64,000 nt of DNA from a virus. Its lineage: Duplodnaviria; Caudoviricetes. This document shows, piece after piece, positions 50,249-61,173 of the stretch (its first letter is position 1; every line of letters begins with the position of its first letter). The notes below the pieces were generated by a model that did not search any database, was not told the DNA's origin, and saw only the letters and a program-made list of their open reading frames with translations. The DNA is taken from the IMG/VR virus record IMGVR_UViG_3300034062_005355, one strand, 5' to 3'. A program made the position numbers and the translations under genes.

Positions 50249-50905
50249 ATGGCAAAAAAAGTTATACGACTTACTGAACAAGAATTATCTAAAGTATTAA
50301 GCGATATTTTAAACATGACTGGAGCGTTTGGTGGAAAAGGAAAAAAAGATAATAAAAGTTCTGAACCAAAAAAATCTATAGGTAAAGTATCCGCAAAAGG
50401 TCAAGAACTTTTGAATAACCCAACCTTTAAAGAAAAATTAAAACAAATCTCAAGTGAGATTGGAATTAGTGAAAATTCAATTATTAAGTTAATGAAACAC
50501 GAATCAGGATTAGATTCTTCTGTCAAGAACAGTATTGGTTGTGTTGGTTTAATCCAATTTTGTCCTGACAACAAAGGGGGGTCGTCAAAAACCATCAACG
50601 GAAAAACATATAATTTAAGTGAGTTACAAGATGATTTAGAATTACAATTAGATGCAATTAAAGAGTTTTGGTCTAAAGGTAAACGTGATGGTAAAATTAA
50701 AAATGCCAAAGATTTATATGTTTATAATTTCTTCCCAATCGCAGCGGGAAAATCTGATGAGTATGTTCTACAAACTAAAGGATTATCTGCGGAAAAAATT
50801 GCAAGAGCAAATCCTATTTTTAATAAAACATTAGGTAGACCAATTAATACGCCTTTAACGGTTGGTGATTTAGGAGACTATTATCAAATGACGGGAATGG
50901 TTTAA
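50249..50905 (+). CDS. LTE-leader lysozyme/transglycosylase-like protein
   Basis: LMKHESGLD...NSIGCVGLIQF. Confidence 0.75.
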   Translation: MAKKVIRLTEQELSKVLSDILNMTGAFGGKGKKDNKSSEPKKSIGKVSAKGQELLNNPTFKEKLKQISSEIGISENSIIKLMKHESGLDSSVKNSIGCVGLIQFCPDNKGGSSKTINGKTYNLSELQDDLELQLDAIKEFWSKGKRDGKIKNAKDLYVYNFFPIAAGKSDEYVLQTKGLSAEKIARANPIFNKTLGRPINTPLTVGDLGDYYQMTGMV

Positions 50906-50970
50906 TTCCTATTTAAAATAAAAAATAAAACCCTTAACATTGTTGAGGGTTTTTTTATTATATTTGCTTA

Positions 50971-51405
50971 ATGAAAAATCAAGTTAACATAGTAAATAAA
51001 AAGGCCAAGTTTGAATATGAGTTTATCCGAACTGAGGTTGCTGGTGTTGTATTGATGGGTTCTGAGGTAAAATCAATCAAAGAAGGTAAAATATCATTGG
51101 TTGAGTCGTATTGTTCATTTAATAATGGTGAATTATACCTAAAAAACGCTAACATAACCGAGTTTTTATCTGATTATACTCATAAATCATCCCAAGATAG
51201 GAAACTTCTATTAAAAAAGGTAGAATTGAACCGTTTAAAGAAGGAATTGATAAAGGGGTTAACCATTGTCCCATATAGAGTATTTGTTAACGAGAAGGGG
51301 TTAATTAAGGTTGAAATCGTATTGGCACGAGGTAAAAACCATCAAGATAAGAGAGATACAATCAAAAAACGAGATTTTGATAGGGAAATTAAGAGAAACT
51401 CTTAA
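50971..51405 (+). CDS. smpB: SsrA-binding protein SmpB
   Basis: NKKAKFEYEF...AGVVLMGSEVKSI...RKLLL...GKNHQDKRDTIKKRD. Confidence 0.95.
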   Translation: MKNQVNIVNKKAKFEYEFIRTEVAGVVLMGSEVKSIKEGKISLVESYCSFNNGELYLKNANITEFLSDYTHKSSQDRKLLLKKVELNRLKKELIKGLTIVPYRVFVNEKGLIKVEIVLARGKNHQDKRDTIKKRDFDREIKRNS

Positions 51406-51416
51406 TATTTAACAAT

Positions 51417-51806
51417 ATGAAATATATTATTACAGAATCAAAATTAGAACGGGTAATTACTGGTTATATTAATGAATTATTCCCAATTGATGAGATTAAT
51501 TATACACATCCTGATGCTTATGATGATGAGTACGGAGAAGTATATGAGGACAAAAATATGGTTCAGTTTTATCTTGGCAATTATGATGAAGGTGAAAACA
51601 ATATTTTTTTGTGGTTAGGTTCAGAATATTTTGAAAAAAATAGTTCAGCAAGAGATCGTAGCCCAACTATAGTCGTTGAACACCCTTACGATGACACACT
51701 AATCGCATATTTTAATGACCAATGGGAGGAACCATTTAAAAAATGGTTTACAGAAAATTTTGACTTACCTGTTAAAACCGTTGAGTGGAAAAGAATGATT
51801 GATTAA
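51417..51806 (+). CDS. IITE-leader hypothetical protein
   Basis: MKYIITESKL; FKKWFTENFDLPV; related to 42738. Confidence 0.8.
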   Translation: MKYIITESKLERVITGYINELFPIDEINYTHPDAYDDEYGEVYEDKNMVQFYLGNYDEGENNIFLWLGSEYFEKNSSARDRSPTIVVEHPYDDTLIAYFNDQWEEPFKKWFTENFDLPVKTVEWKRMID

Positions 51807-52085
51807 ATGAAAAAATCACCAAAACAAGTTAAAAAAATTGTTGAGACGTATTTGAATACCGAATATGTTCATAAATTCCCAATAGTTGAGATAACTCAAG
51901 AAGTTGTATCAACATATGATGGGGACTACCCATCATTTGTTATTGATTATAATGGCTCAAATCCTGCCGATGACGATGAACTTTGGAATGATTTGGTTGA
52001 AGGAATAAAAAAATATACCAATTTAAAACAAGGTGAAGATTATTGGTTAGGATTAAGATGGTCATGGAATTCTTACGGTACGTAA
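51807..52085 (+). CDS. hypothetical protein
   Basis: 92-aa ORF. Confidence 0.6.
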   Translation: MKKSPKQVKKIVETYLNTEYVHKFPIVEITQEVVSTYDGDYPSFVIDYNGSNPADDDELWNDLVEGIKKYTNLKQGEDYWLGLRWSWNSYGT

Positions 52086-52252
52086 TAAAATGGATTGCAT
52101 CTAATTTGGCAATACCATTTTGGGTTGTTGGTCACGTGCACCTAACCATGAATATTTATAAAGACATTTATGAGATATTATCATCATTTGGAATGAATTT
52201 AATTGTTATTTATGGGTTTTGGTTGGAATGGAAAGACCGAAAGAAAATCTAA
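52043..52252 (+). CDS. small two-TM membrane protein
   Basis: Two hydrophobic segments. Confidence 0.55.
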   Translation: MVRIKMVMEFLRYVIKWIASNLAIPFWVVGHVHLTMNIYKDIYEILSSFGMNLIVIYGFWLEWKDRKKI

Positions 52253-52301
52253 AATCTATTTATAATCATAAAACATATATTATTTTTAAAAAAAACATAA
52301 G

Positions 52302-52499
52302 ATGGGAGCACAACATTTAACACAACAAGAAAAGGCAAAATTGTATGACGATATGCTTTTGAGATATCAAAGACTTCAAGAACAAGTTAGATTGATTAAG
52401 GCAAAAAGTTTTGAGGTTTCAGATGAAGACCAAAGACAAATCAATATAATTGAGTCGAGTATGAAAAGATTATATAACGACACTCAAAAGTTATTTTAA
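52302..52499 (+). CDS. small coiled-coil protein
   Basis: 65-aa ORF followed by a terminator. Confidence 0.6.
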   Translation: MGAQHLTQQEKAKLYDDMLLRYQRLQEQVRLIKAKSFEVSDEDQRQINIIESSMKRLYNDTQKLF

Positions 52500-52532
52500 A
52501 AAATAAAACCCACTTATTAGTGGGTTTTTTAT

Positions 52533-53207
52533 TTATTTAAATTTTAATCCTGTTAGTCTCTCGATAACTGACACATCAACTTGGTTATTCAAATAACCAT
52601 CAGGTTTTGATGTATCATTAACAAATAAGAATGCGTTCCATTCATTTGTTTTTTTAACATAAAAAACTTTCCAACACTTTTCAGGAACGGCAACTCTACC
52701 GATTCTTTTAACCTCACCGATATTACCACACCAAACATGTATACTATCTTTTTCACTTGCTAATTTTCTTGTTAACACTTCAACTGATTTCCAATCACCA
52801 GCATTTAAACTTCTATATTGTGGTGACATATTTGAGAAATAAAAACATTCATCTTGAATTTGTTGTGTTTGACATAAATTATCTGCAGCTGGCATCATGT
52901 GACCTCTATCAGTTCCACTTCCAACGTAATCTTTAGCGATATCGGTTTCTTTTGGTAAAAGTGGGTCAGGTTTAAAATTGTCTTTTCTCTTTAGTGGTGT
53001 AGTACAAGTAACCATTGATTTTGTTACCCACCATTCAACCATTACGGGATACATTTTTGATTTACTAAAAACAGAAATGTAATTAATATGGTTTAATCTT
53101 ACAGTATCACTGTAATCTTGAGAGACTTTTTGAATGTTCGTATTCAATTGTCCGTTTGCAATTATACTAAATAGTATAATACTTGTGAGTATAAAAATTT
53201 TCTTCAT
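52533..53207 (-). CDS. secreted DNA/RNA non-specific endonuclease (NucA/EndA type)
   Basis: Signal peptide; DRGHM...FYFSNMSPQ...LNAGDW. Confidence 0.9.
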   Translation of the reverse strand: MKKIFILTSIILFSIIANGQLNTNIQKVSQDYSDTVRLNHINYISVFSKSKMYPVMVEWWVTKSMVTCTTPLKRKDNFKPDPLLPKETDIAKDYVGSGTDRGHMMPAADNLCQTQQIQDECFYFSNMSPQYRSLNAGDWKSVEVLTRKLASEKDSIHVWCGNIGEVKRIGRVAVPEKCWKVFYVKKTNEWNAFLFVNDTSKPDGYLNNQVDVSVIERLTGLKFK

Positions 53208-53254
53208 ACTATTAAATATTTATACATATAATATTTATTATTATATTTATTAGT

Positions 53255-53761
53255 ATGGGAACAAAATTTACGCTTACAGAACAAGAAAGAGAAGATATTA
53301 AAAAACAATATCAATATCTAATCAAAGAATCTGATGATAAAAAAGATGATAGAAAATTCTGTCATGGAGGAAATGTAAAGACATTAGAAGAGATCGTTGG
53401 TGATGACACCATGGAAGATTATATTGAGGGAGTTCAAATTAGACCTAACGGAGTTAATGGTTTGGTTGATAAAATTGAACTATTAAAGACACTTAGAATT
53501 CATCCAAAAGTATCCGATGGTGGAGAACACTTGGCTAGTGAGATTATGAACCATTTGAAAACATATAAGCCATATAATTATTTCGATGAGACTAAAAATG
53601 AGTGTAACTCGGCAATGGATAAAATTATTGAATTGTATAAAGAACATGAAAGTGGTGAAGAATTGGTTAAAGATATTGAAAAGGTTTATGCAATGCAACA
53701 CATCTCACCAAGGGCAAAAGAATTCTTAAAACACGGTCTTGGAATGCTTAGAGGTAAATAA
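53255..53761 (+). CDS. LTE-leader hypothetical protein
   Basis: MGTKFTLTEQER. Confidence 0.7.
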   Translation: MGTKFTLTEQEREDIKKQYQYLIKESDDKKDDRKFCHGGNVKTLEEIVGDDTMEDYIEGVQIRPNGVNGLVDKIELLKTLRIHPKVSDGGEHLASEIMNHLKTYKPYNYFDETKNECNSAMDKIIELYKEHESGEELVKDIEKVYAMQHISPRAKEFLKHGLGMLRGK

Positions 53762-53823
53762 CTTTGATTTTTATTTTTAAATTATTATAATTAATGTCTC
53801 ACACTTGTGGGACATTTTTTTTT

Positions 53824-54204
53824 ATGACAAATGAAAAACCAGACAATATAGCAGATAATCCAAGTTTACTTCCTTATGCGAGTAATGTTGGCGCACCACC
53901 AATAATTGCGACAGATTTAACCACGTTTAAACAAAACGGTCTCTCGAAAGTGGAGAAAGTTTTTGACCGAAGATATAAAGAACTTGTAGAACAAGCAGAA
54001 ACCCTCCAAAAATCGTTTATGATAACTCAAGAGGTGTATGACTCAAAATATAAATTTGAACCTCTTATAGGTGAGATATACCACCTATATGAAGATTCAG
54101 ATGGTGGTCGTACATTGTCTTTGATTGAGCCAACCCATTGGAATAGGAAACATATTTATTCGGTTATTCTTAATTCAGACATGACATGGACCAAGATAGA
54201 TTAA
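53824..54204 (+). CDS. DUF2452-like protein
   Basis: LLPYASNVGAPPI...KFEPLIGEIYHLY. Confidence 0.7.
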   Translation: MTNEKPDNIADNPSLLPYASNVGAPPIIATDLTTFKQNGLSKVEKVFDRRYKELVEQAETLQKSFMITQEVYDSKYKFEPLIGEIYHLYEDSDGGRTLSLIEPTHWNRKHIYSVILNSDMTWTKID

Positions 54205-54434
54205 AGAAACTTATACAATCTGCGTTGGACACTTCATACGATGAATCATTACTGATAACCGAATTTAGAGCATTACCAACACACTCATATGATAATGAAA
54301 AAGGTGAATGGGTTCCTGATTCACATTCATTATTTTTAGTCGTTAAAAAAACAAAAGATTGTGAGAATTGTAAAAACGTATCAAGACTTATAGAGTCAGT
54401 ATTTGGATTTGAATGTGTGGTCGATTTTTCCTAG
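54186..54434 (+). CDS. hypothetical protein
   Basis: 82-aa ORF. Confidence 0.6.
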   Translation: MDQDRLKKLIQSALDTSYDESLLITEFRALPTHSYDNEKGEWVPDSHSLFLVVKKTKDCENCKNVSRLIESVFGFECVVDFS

Positions 54435-54494
54435 AACTAGTAATAGACTAGTTTTTTTATTTGGTTGGTATATTTATCATAAAAACATATTTTA

Positions 54495-54803
54495 ATGGAA
54501 AATCAATCATTTTGGGCTGTATTGGCAACACTTATTACAGTATTAGGGAGTTCAGCGGCTTGGAGGTATTACGAAAAAAGGTCAATGCAAAGAGATAGAG
54601 ACGAAGATTTTATTCGCCATGACTGTAGAGATAGAATATCAAAATTAGAAGCGTTATTGGTTGCAAGTAGTCAAGAAAAAGACAACATGAGACAAACCAT
54701 TTTAGAATTAACCGAAAAAGTTGCTCAACTTACAGTCAAAGTTGAGTTCATGCAGAAAGAAAACGCCGAGTTGATGAGTACAATGGCTAAAAGAAATCAT
54801 TAA
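54495..54803 (+). CDS. TM plus coiled-coil protein (holin-like architecture)
   Basis: N-terminal hydrophobic helix followed by heptad repeats. Confidence 0.55.
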   Translation: MENQSFWAVLATLITVLGSSAAWRYYEKRSMQRDRDEDFIRHDCRDRISKLEALLVASSQEKDNMRQTILELTEKVAQLTVKVEFMQKENAELMSTMAKRNH

Positions 54804-55084
54804 ACATCCCATCTAACCATCAATTTTAATTTTTGATCTGGAAAAAAATAAACCAAACAATCAGAAACTAAAACTTCAGCCATAGAGGTATCCAAAATAT
54901 CCTCATTAATTACACCACCCAACAACACAATAACCTCAATCATTACGCTGTTGTCGGATATTCCAAAATTAATATTATGAATTTTAATGTAAGACCCCTC
55001 ACCATAAAATAATTTTACGGAATCACCTTTTAAATCATTAATATAGTTCTCAATTAAGCTATACAATCTCCTTTTATTATCCAT
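54800..55084 (-). CDS. hypothetical protein
   Basis: 94-aa ORF. Confidence 0.6.
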   Translation of the reverse strand: MDNKRRLYSLIENYINDLKGDSVKLFYGEGSYIKIHNINFGISDNSVMIEVIVLLGGVINEDILDTSMAEVLVSDCLVYFFPDQKLKLMVRWDV

Positions 55085-55125
55085 TACAATAATAATAAGA
55101 AAAACATAAATAAAATATAGACAAA

Positions 55126-55269
55126 TTACCCCTGACCTCTATTTGGTTTTACATAATTCTTGGAGTTTTTATTATTAGATGTCTTCGTCTTGGCATGAAC
55201 ACCAGGTCTTGTAATTTTATTTTTTACTCTTTTTATTGAGGTTGTTGTTGAATTTTTTGCTTTTGCCAT
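55126..55269 (-). CDS. 47-aa basic protein ending RGQG
   Basis: Translated by hand: MAKAKNST...KNYVKPNRGQG*. Confidence 0.7.
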   Translation of the reverse strand: MAKAKNSTTTSIKRVKNKITRPGVHAKTKTSNNKNSKNYVKPNRGQG

Positions 55270-55315
55270 TATATTTGTTGTTATTTTTTACATAAATACA
55301 CTTATATTTATTAAT

Positions 55316-55609
55316 ATGAACCTTACAGAATCAGAAAAAAAAGAAATATTATCAAAATATGATGGAACCACTTCTGATGAGTTATTAAACCATCTTAAAA
55401 GAAACTTTCCTGTAAATGAAATTAAATTTGATTGGATGAAAAAACCAATTAAGCAAATCTCTATTGATTACAAAACTTATAACATTGAATACAATAAAAA
55501 ATATTTGGTTGGTAAACTAGCGAACTATCTTGAAAATGAATGGACACATTTAGATAACGCGGTCTTAAGAAGAACAATCAAAAAATTTCTTGACGGGCAC
55601 TTGTTGTGA
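55316..55609 (+). CDS. LTE-leader hypothetical protein
   Basis: MNLTESEKK. Confidence 0.7.
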   Translation: MNLTESEKKEILSKYDGTTSDELLNHLKRNFPVNEIKFDWMKKPIKQISIDYKTYNIEYNKKYLVGKLANYLENEWTHLDNAVLRRTIKKFLDGHLL

Positions 55610-55635
55610 TAAAAAAATATTCGTATCTTTGTGGT

Positions 55636-55755
55636 ATGAAAAAAGGGGATAGTAGCGAACTTCCCCTTTTAAGTGTTATCATAACGATAACGGTCCTAAT
55701 AGTCCCCATCGTTGTGGGGAGGCTGATTTACAATAAATATCAAATAGAATGTTAA
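55636..55755 (+). CDS. 39-aa single-TM peptide
   Basis: MKKGDSSELPLLSVIITITVLIVPIVVGRLIYNKYQIEC; ATG a few nt after TATCTTTG. Confidence 0.55.
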   Translation: MKKGDSSELPLLSVIITITVLIVPIVVGRLIYNKYQIEC

Positions 55756-55991
55756 TACATATAGGTGTTGAAGAATTAGAAGAAAATTTTAGGTCTCATT
55801 GGAGAAATAACTTGATTTCTCATCCACACATTGATTATGCGACAAACGCAATTCACGGTTGGTTTGAAAATAAAGACTGTGTCATTTTTAGATTTAAAGA
55901 TTATGGGTATATTCATGACAATAGGTCAAACACTTATAACGTATCATCAGGGTCGGCAGGAATTATAATTCAAATAATTAAAAATAAGTAA
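55749..55991 (+). CDS. hypothetical protein
   Basis: 80-aa ORF. Confidence 0.6.
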   Translation: MLIHIGVEELEENFRSHWRNNLISHPHIDYATNAIHGWFENKDCVIFRFKDYGYIHDNRSNTYNVSSGSAGIIIQIIKNK

Positions 55992-56053
55992 AAAAATATT
56001 TGGTAGTTTAAAAAAAATGTCTTACATTTGTAACACAATAAACAACTACAAAT

Positions 56054-56308
56054 ATGTCAACAGAAAAATTAATCAGAGACAAAGACGGACGATACAATTA
56101 TTTGTTTAATTGGATTGGTGGTGGATTTAATGATGTTTGGGCATTTAATATAAAAGATGCTCGTGATATTGTTAAGAAACAACGTAAAGAATCTGAGGAA
56201 AAATATCCAACACATGTAAAGTTGGTTGCTGACCCAAAATCGTTCAGAAAGGCAACAAGAAAAATGTCTGAAGAACAGAATAGAATGGGTTGGATGATGA
56301 CAATGTAG
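56054..56308 (+). CDS. hypothetical early protein
   Basis: TTTGG-N-TACATTTG upstream. Confidence 0.65.
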   Translation: MSTEKLIRDKDGRYNYLFNWIGGGFNDVWAFNIKDARDIVKKQRKESEEKYPTHVKLVADPKSFRKATRKMSEEQNRMGWMMTM

Positions 56309-56418
56309 TTGTTAAATTTGGAGATTTATACTCATGACGACAGAATAATTAAATAAAGATAGGGGATATTTAATCCCCTTTTTTATTTCCGTATATTTAT
56401 AGGGGAATAAGAAACTTT

Positions 56419-59400
56419 ATGTCATTCTCAAGACCATTTACATATAATCCATCACCTAATCCACTAATTAATGGTACTGAACAAGTTGGTAGTTTAGCAG
56501 TTGGAACACCAACATCAGGATTTACAAATAATCCACAATTTTGGAACGGACCTGACGAAGCGTTGGGGTATGTTATTGCTTATCCTGTTTCAGGAGGAAC
56601 TCATCCAACACCAATTTCGGGTGTAACAGCATATCTTGGTTTTAAAGGAACCAAAAACATGACTAATCCATTAAGTGAATCAACATTTGTGGAATTGGTT
56701 AACAGTTCATTTAATCAAAGTTTCACAAATGGGGACGAGGCTTCATATTATTTATTGAGTGAAGGATATTGGACATCTTACCCCTACACACCACTTTTCT
56801 CAGTTCAATTTTTTGAGTCAGGTTCTGATGTAATATTATCTTATGAGGGTCGACTTAACTTAGATGGTTTAGATTTTGTTGAAAGTGGTTCTTTAGGATT
56901 CGGTGGTGGAGTAGTACCAAATGTTGGTGTATTTCTAAATCAAGACGTAAATGGTTTTTCAGCATACGGTGGAGCCACGTTTAATGTCCCAACCTCTTTT
57001 GGTTCAGGAGAGGGGGGTGTTTCAGATTTGGGTAGTGGTAATAGTTTTGGTGTGTTTAACCCGTACGGCAGTTATTTTCTTTTAGTTCCTACGGGATATA
57101 CATCGTTTGAAGATTATATCCAAGGGTCATTATTATTTACAGGACAAACACTTACAAGTTTGGGAATGAATACTGGCACATACAACTATAGTTGGGGGGG
57201 ATACTTGGGACAATCATTTGTTCTTACAATTGGAGGACCAGCTCCAACACCAACACCAACAGGGACAATTGCGGTTACACCAACTAATACACCAACACCA
57301 ACTAATACACCTACAGGAACTGCGGCTGAAACGCCAACTCCTACACCTACAGGTACACCTGCTGAAACACCAACAGGAACTGCGGCGGCAACTCAAACAC
57401 CATCAGTTACACCAACATTAACACAAACACCAACTCCAACTGATTTAAGTGCGATTACCACTTACACCATCTCAGGATGTAGTAGTTCAAATGTTATTGT
57501 CGCTGATTTAGGACCAGGAGCATTTTTCCCTGGTGATACATTCTATTTGGACTTTACAGGAGCGACTGCAACTGAATGTTACACAATTATCAATAAAATC
57601 AACGCAACACCTACAGATGGTGGTAACCCAATATCTTCCTATCCTAATTGTGCCGATTGTATTGACGGAACAACCACAACTTACACAATTTCAGGATGTA
57701 CTACTTTGAATGTATTAGTCGCTGATTTAGGACCAGGAGCATTCGGTGCTGGTGATATATTCAACATGACATTTACAGGAGCAACTCCAAGTGGATGTTA
57801 CAGAATTGTCAATAAGATTGTTGCTACCCCAACAGATACAGGAGCACCACTAACTTTCTATTTTAATTGTGATGATTGTGAGGCTTCATTGGTAACACCA
57901 ACACCTACGGCAACACCAACAAATACTGAAACTCCAACTGAGACTCCTACACCTACGGTAACAGAAACTCCAACAGGAACACCATCTGTAACAGAAACAC
58001 CAACTGAGACTCCTACACCGACAGTGACGGAAACTCCGACAGGAACACCAGCGGTAACACCAACAAATACGGAAACACCAACTGAGACTCCTACACCGAC
58101 AGTAACTGAAACACCAACTAATACTCCAACAGAGACGGAAACACCAACACCAACTCCGACAGGAACAATTGGAGCGACACCTACTGAAACGGAAACTCCT
58201 ACTCCAACACCAACTGAGACTCCAACAGGAACTCCATCGGTGACAGAAACACCAACTGAGACTCCAACAGGAACTCCTGAGGTAACACAAACAAATACTC
58301 CAACAAATACGGAAACACCAACTGAAACTCCTACACCAACTCCGACTGAAACTCCAACAGGAACACCATCGGTAACACCAACAAATACAACTACACCTAC
58401 TACAACACCTTCAGTATGTACTCCTACCGCAACGCAAAACGTGGCGGGTGTTGATGGATTAACAGGATTTTTCTTTGGTGGATTCCCAACACCACTTGGA
58501 ATAGTTCAAGTTGGATGGTATGCTAATGGACCTGGTGTTTTAGACGCATTGGTCACTAATATTGATAGTGTGAATCAAAATATTACTATAGCTCCAGGAA
58601 ACGGAGTATTTGTTTCTGGTAGTTTCTATACTTTCTGTAACGCACCTCAATTCCCTAATGTTACACCAACATCGACTCCAACTGAGACGGAAACTCCTAC
58701 TCCTACACCAACAAATACTGAGACTCCGACTAATACTCCAACTGAAACACCTACAAATACACCAACCAATACGCCTACTGAAACTCCAACACCTACTCCA
58801 ACTGAAACACCTACCGAGACTCCTACTGAAACTCCTACTGAAACTCCTACTGAAACTCCAACAAATACTCCAACTGAAACACCAACTGTAACCGAAACTC
58901 CAACAGGAACACCAACAGGAACACCAGAAGCAGAAACTCCTACTCCTACACCAACAAATACTGAGACTCCGACTAATACTCCAACTGAAACACCTACAAA
59001 TACACCAACCAATACGCCTACAGAAACTGAAACACCTACTCCAACTCCTACGAATACAGAAACTCCAACCAATACTCCAACTGAAACAGAAACTCCAACT
59101 GAAACACCAACTAATACTCCAACAGGAACACCAGAAGCAGAAACTCCTACTCCTACACCGACAGTAACTGAAACTCCAACTAATACTCCTACACCAACTG
59201 TAACAGAAACTCCAACAAATACGCCTACTAATACTACAACCACCACACCTTCAGTTACACCAACAAACAGTATTAATGGTAGTGCGTTGTTCAATGATAC
59301 TAATTTCCTTACTATAAGTGGAAACACAGGTACTGCTATGGGAATAGGTGATTTTACTTGGGAGTGTTGGGTTTATCCGACTAGTAGTTTAGGATTTCAA

Positions 59401-60828
59401 ACATTTATAGACACTAGAACAAATCCACTTAGTGGTGGTGATACTACAGGTTATTATTTTGGTACAAATAATAACACATTAACTCCTATGGTTTATACAA
59501 ATGGCATTCTTTTACAATCAACAAACAACATAACATTAAATGGATGGAATCACGTTGCGTTGACTAAAGTAAGCGGAACCTTAAATATTTGGATAAATGG
59601 TGTTAATAGTGGTAGTGTCTCAGATGCGTTTACAAATTTGACAAACCAAAGAATACTCATCGGAGGTGCCGCTGCCAACTCGGCAGCATTAACTTTAACA
59701 GGAAACCTTAGTAATATTCGTATTACAAAAGGAGTTGCGGTCTACACGGCAAACTTTACTAAACCAACAACTAACTTTACCGTAACTCAATCAGCAAATG
59801 TTAATGGTAATCCATCGGCAGCAATTACGTCAGGACAAACCCAAGTATTATTAAACACTAATTTTGGTGGTGGATTCTTAACAGATACTTCTACCAATAA
59901 CTTTACTGTAGTAAATAATAACGGAGTGACGAGTTCGACTTTTGAGCCATTTACTCCTATTCCATTCCCAACACCAACTCCAACTAATACTCCTACTAAC
60001 ACCGCAACTCCAACACCAACAACAACCGAGACTCCTACAGAAACTCCAACAAATACTCCTACACCGACAGTAACAGAAACTCCAACAAATACTCCTACAC
60101 CTACTAATACTGAAACACCAACTAATACTCCTACACCAACAAATACTGAAACTCCTACACCAACTATAACTGAAACACCAACTAATACTCCTACACCAAC
60201 TATAACTGAAACACCAACTAATACTCCTACACCAACTATAACTGAAACACCAACTAATACTCCTACACCAACTATAACTGAAACTCCAACAAATACTCCT
60301 ACACCAACTATAACTGAAACTCCTACTGAAACACCAACAAATACTCCAACACCAACAGTAACTCCTACATCGGGAGTAACAGGTGATTTTAATATAACCA
60401 TTTCACAAGTAACAGGCCCTAACGTTGTATGGTCAGGTTCGGGTTCATTTAATTTAAGTGGTTTAACATCTGGTGGAAGTCCAAGTGGTCTTGCAGTGTC
60501 TGAAGTATCAAACGGACTTTGGATAGTAGGACCAACAGGATCTATTAATTTTAATGCATACAATGGTGTGACAACATTCCCATCTAACTTTGGAACAGGA
60601 GGTACATTTTTCCCTGACTCAGGTTCAGGAAGTTTTGGTATAGTATCAAATGAAACAAACAGAACTTTATTAGTACCTACAGGATATGTCTCAGGTGACT
60701 TTATAATTGGTACTTCAACATATGAAGGTGAAACACTTATATCTATGGGATTAAGTGCAGGAGATATATTCACTTGGAGTTGGGGTTCAGGAGAAAATAC
60801 AAGTACAATAGTGATGAGTATCATATAA
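56419..60828 (+). CDS. large fibre/surface protein with Thr-Pro-rich (mucin-like) linkers and a LamG/ConA-like domain
   Basis: Long TPTETPTN tracts; [10 protein letters not shown]...WNHVALTK...LNIWING...[11 protein letters not shown]. Confidence 0.75.
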   Translation: MSFSRPFTYNPSPNPLINGTEQVGSLAVGTPTSGFTNNPQFWNGPDEALGYVIAYPVSGGTHPTPISGVTAYLGFKGTKNMTNPLSESTFVELVNSSFNQSFTNGDEASYYLLSEGYWTSYPYTPLFSVQFFESGSDVILSYEGRLNLDGLDFVESGSLGFGGGVVPNVGVFLNQDVNGFSAYGGATFNVPTSFGSGEGGVSDLGSGNSFGVFNPYGSYFLLVPTGYTSFEDYIQGSLLFTGQTLTSLGMNTGTYNYSWGGYLGQSFVLTIGGPAPTPTPTGTIAVTPTNTPTPTNTPTGTAAETPTPTPTGTPAETPTGTAAATQTPSVTPTLTQTPTPTDLSAITTYTISGCSSSNVIVADLGPGAFFPGDTFYLDFTGATATECYTIINKINATPTDGGNPISSYPNCADCIDGTTTTYTISGCTTLNVLVADLGPGAFGAGDIFNMTFTGATPSGCYRIVNKIVATPTDTGAPLTFYFNCDDCEASLVTPTPTATPTNTETPTETPTPTVTETPTGTPSVTETPTETPTPTVTETPTGTPAVTPTNTETPTETPTPTVTETPTNTPTETETPTPTPTGTIGATPTETETPTPTPTETPTGTPSVTETPTETPTGTPEVTQTNTPTNTETPTETPTPTPTETPTGTPSVTPTNTTTPTTTPSVCTPTATQNVAGVDGLTGFFFGGFPTPLGIVQVGWYANGPGVLDALVTNIDSVNQNITIAPGNGVFVSGSFYTFCNAPQFPNVTPTSTPTETETPTPTPTNTETPTNTPTETPTNTPTNTPTETPTPTPTETPTETPTETPTETPTETPTNTPTETPTVTETPTGTPTGTPEAETPTPTPTNTETPTNTPTETPTNTPTNTPTETETPTPTPTNTETPTNTPTETETPTETPTNTPTGTPEAETPTPTPTVTETPTNTPTPTVTETPTNTPTNTTTTTPSVTPTNSINGSALFNDTNFLTISGNTGTAMGIGDFTWECWVYPTSSLGFQTFIDTRTNPLSGGDTTGYYFGTNNNTLTPMVYTNGILLQSTNNITLNGWNHVALTKVSGTLNIWINGVNSGSVSDAFTNLTNQRILIGGAAANSAALTLTGNLSNIRITKGVAVYTANFTKPTTNFTVTQSANVNGNPSAAITSGQTQVLLNTNFGGGFLTDTSTNNFTVVNNNGVTSSTFEPFTPIPFPTPTPTNTPTNTATPTPTTTETPTETPTNTPTPTVTETPTNTPTPTNTETPTNTPTPTNTETPTPTITETPTNTPTPTITETPTNTPTPTITETPTNTPTPTITETPTNTPTPTITETPTETPTNTPTPTVTPTSGVTGDFNITISQVTGPNVVWSGSGSFNLSGLTSGGSPSGLAVSEVSNGLWIVGPTGSINFNAYNGVTTFPSNFGTGGTFFPDSGSGSFGIVSNETNRTLLVPTGYVSGDFIIGTSTYEGETLISMGLSAGDIFTWSWGSGENTSTIVMSII

Positions 60829-60859
60829 TAGATATTTATTAATATAAAACCAAGATACT

Positions 60860-61114
60860 ATGAAAAAATTTTTTAGCAACTTATTTAACGACAATAACTC
60901 AATTAATGAAAAGGCGGTTATCGGATTTATGGCATTTACAATGATGTGCATGTTCGCAGTAGTTGACATCATAACAGGCGCAATGAATAAACCACTATTG
61001 ATTAATGAGTTTATTTTTGATTCATTTAAATTTATCACAATTGCTTGTTTTGGTATTGCATCCGTTGATAAGTTCATCAACCTGACAAAAGGTAAAAACG
61101 AAGACGAAGAGTAA
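60860..61114 (+). CDS. small two-TM protein (holin-like)
   Basis: Two hydrophobic helices; acidic C-terminus. Confidence 0.55.
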   Translation: MKKFFSNLFNDNNSINEKAVIGFMAFTMMCMFAVVDIITGAMNKPLLINEFIFDSFKFITIACFGIASVDKFINLTKGKNEDEE

Positions 61115-61173
61115 CTTACTAATCCCCACTCACAAGGTGGGGATTTTTGTTATTATCAAGTATTTATTGAGAT

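Noticed and set aside
57214-60824. Long antisense and alternate-frame ORFs (VGVSV-rich, 58647-59327 and 59787-60824, etc.)
   Set aside because: Shadows of the Thr-Pro repeat gene on the opposite strand; no independent signals.
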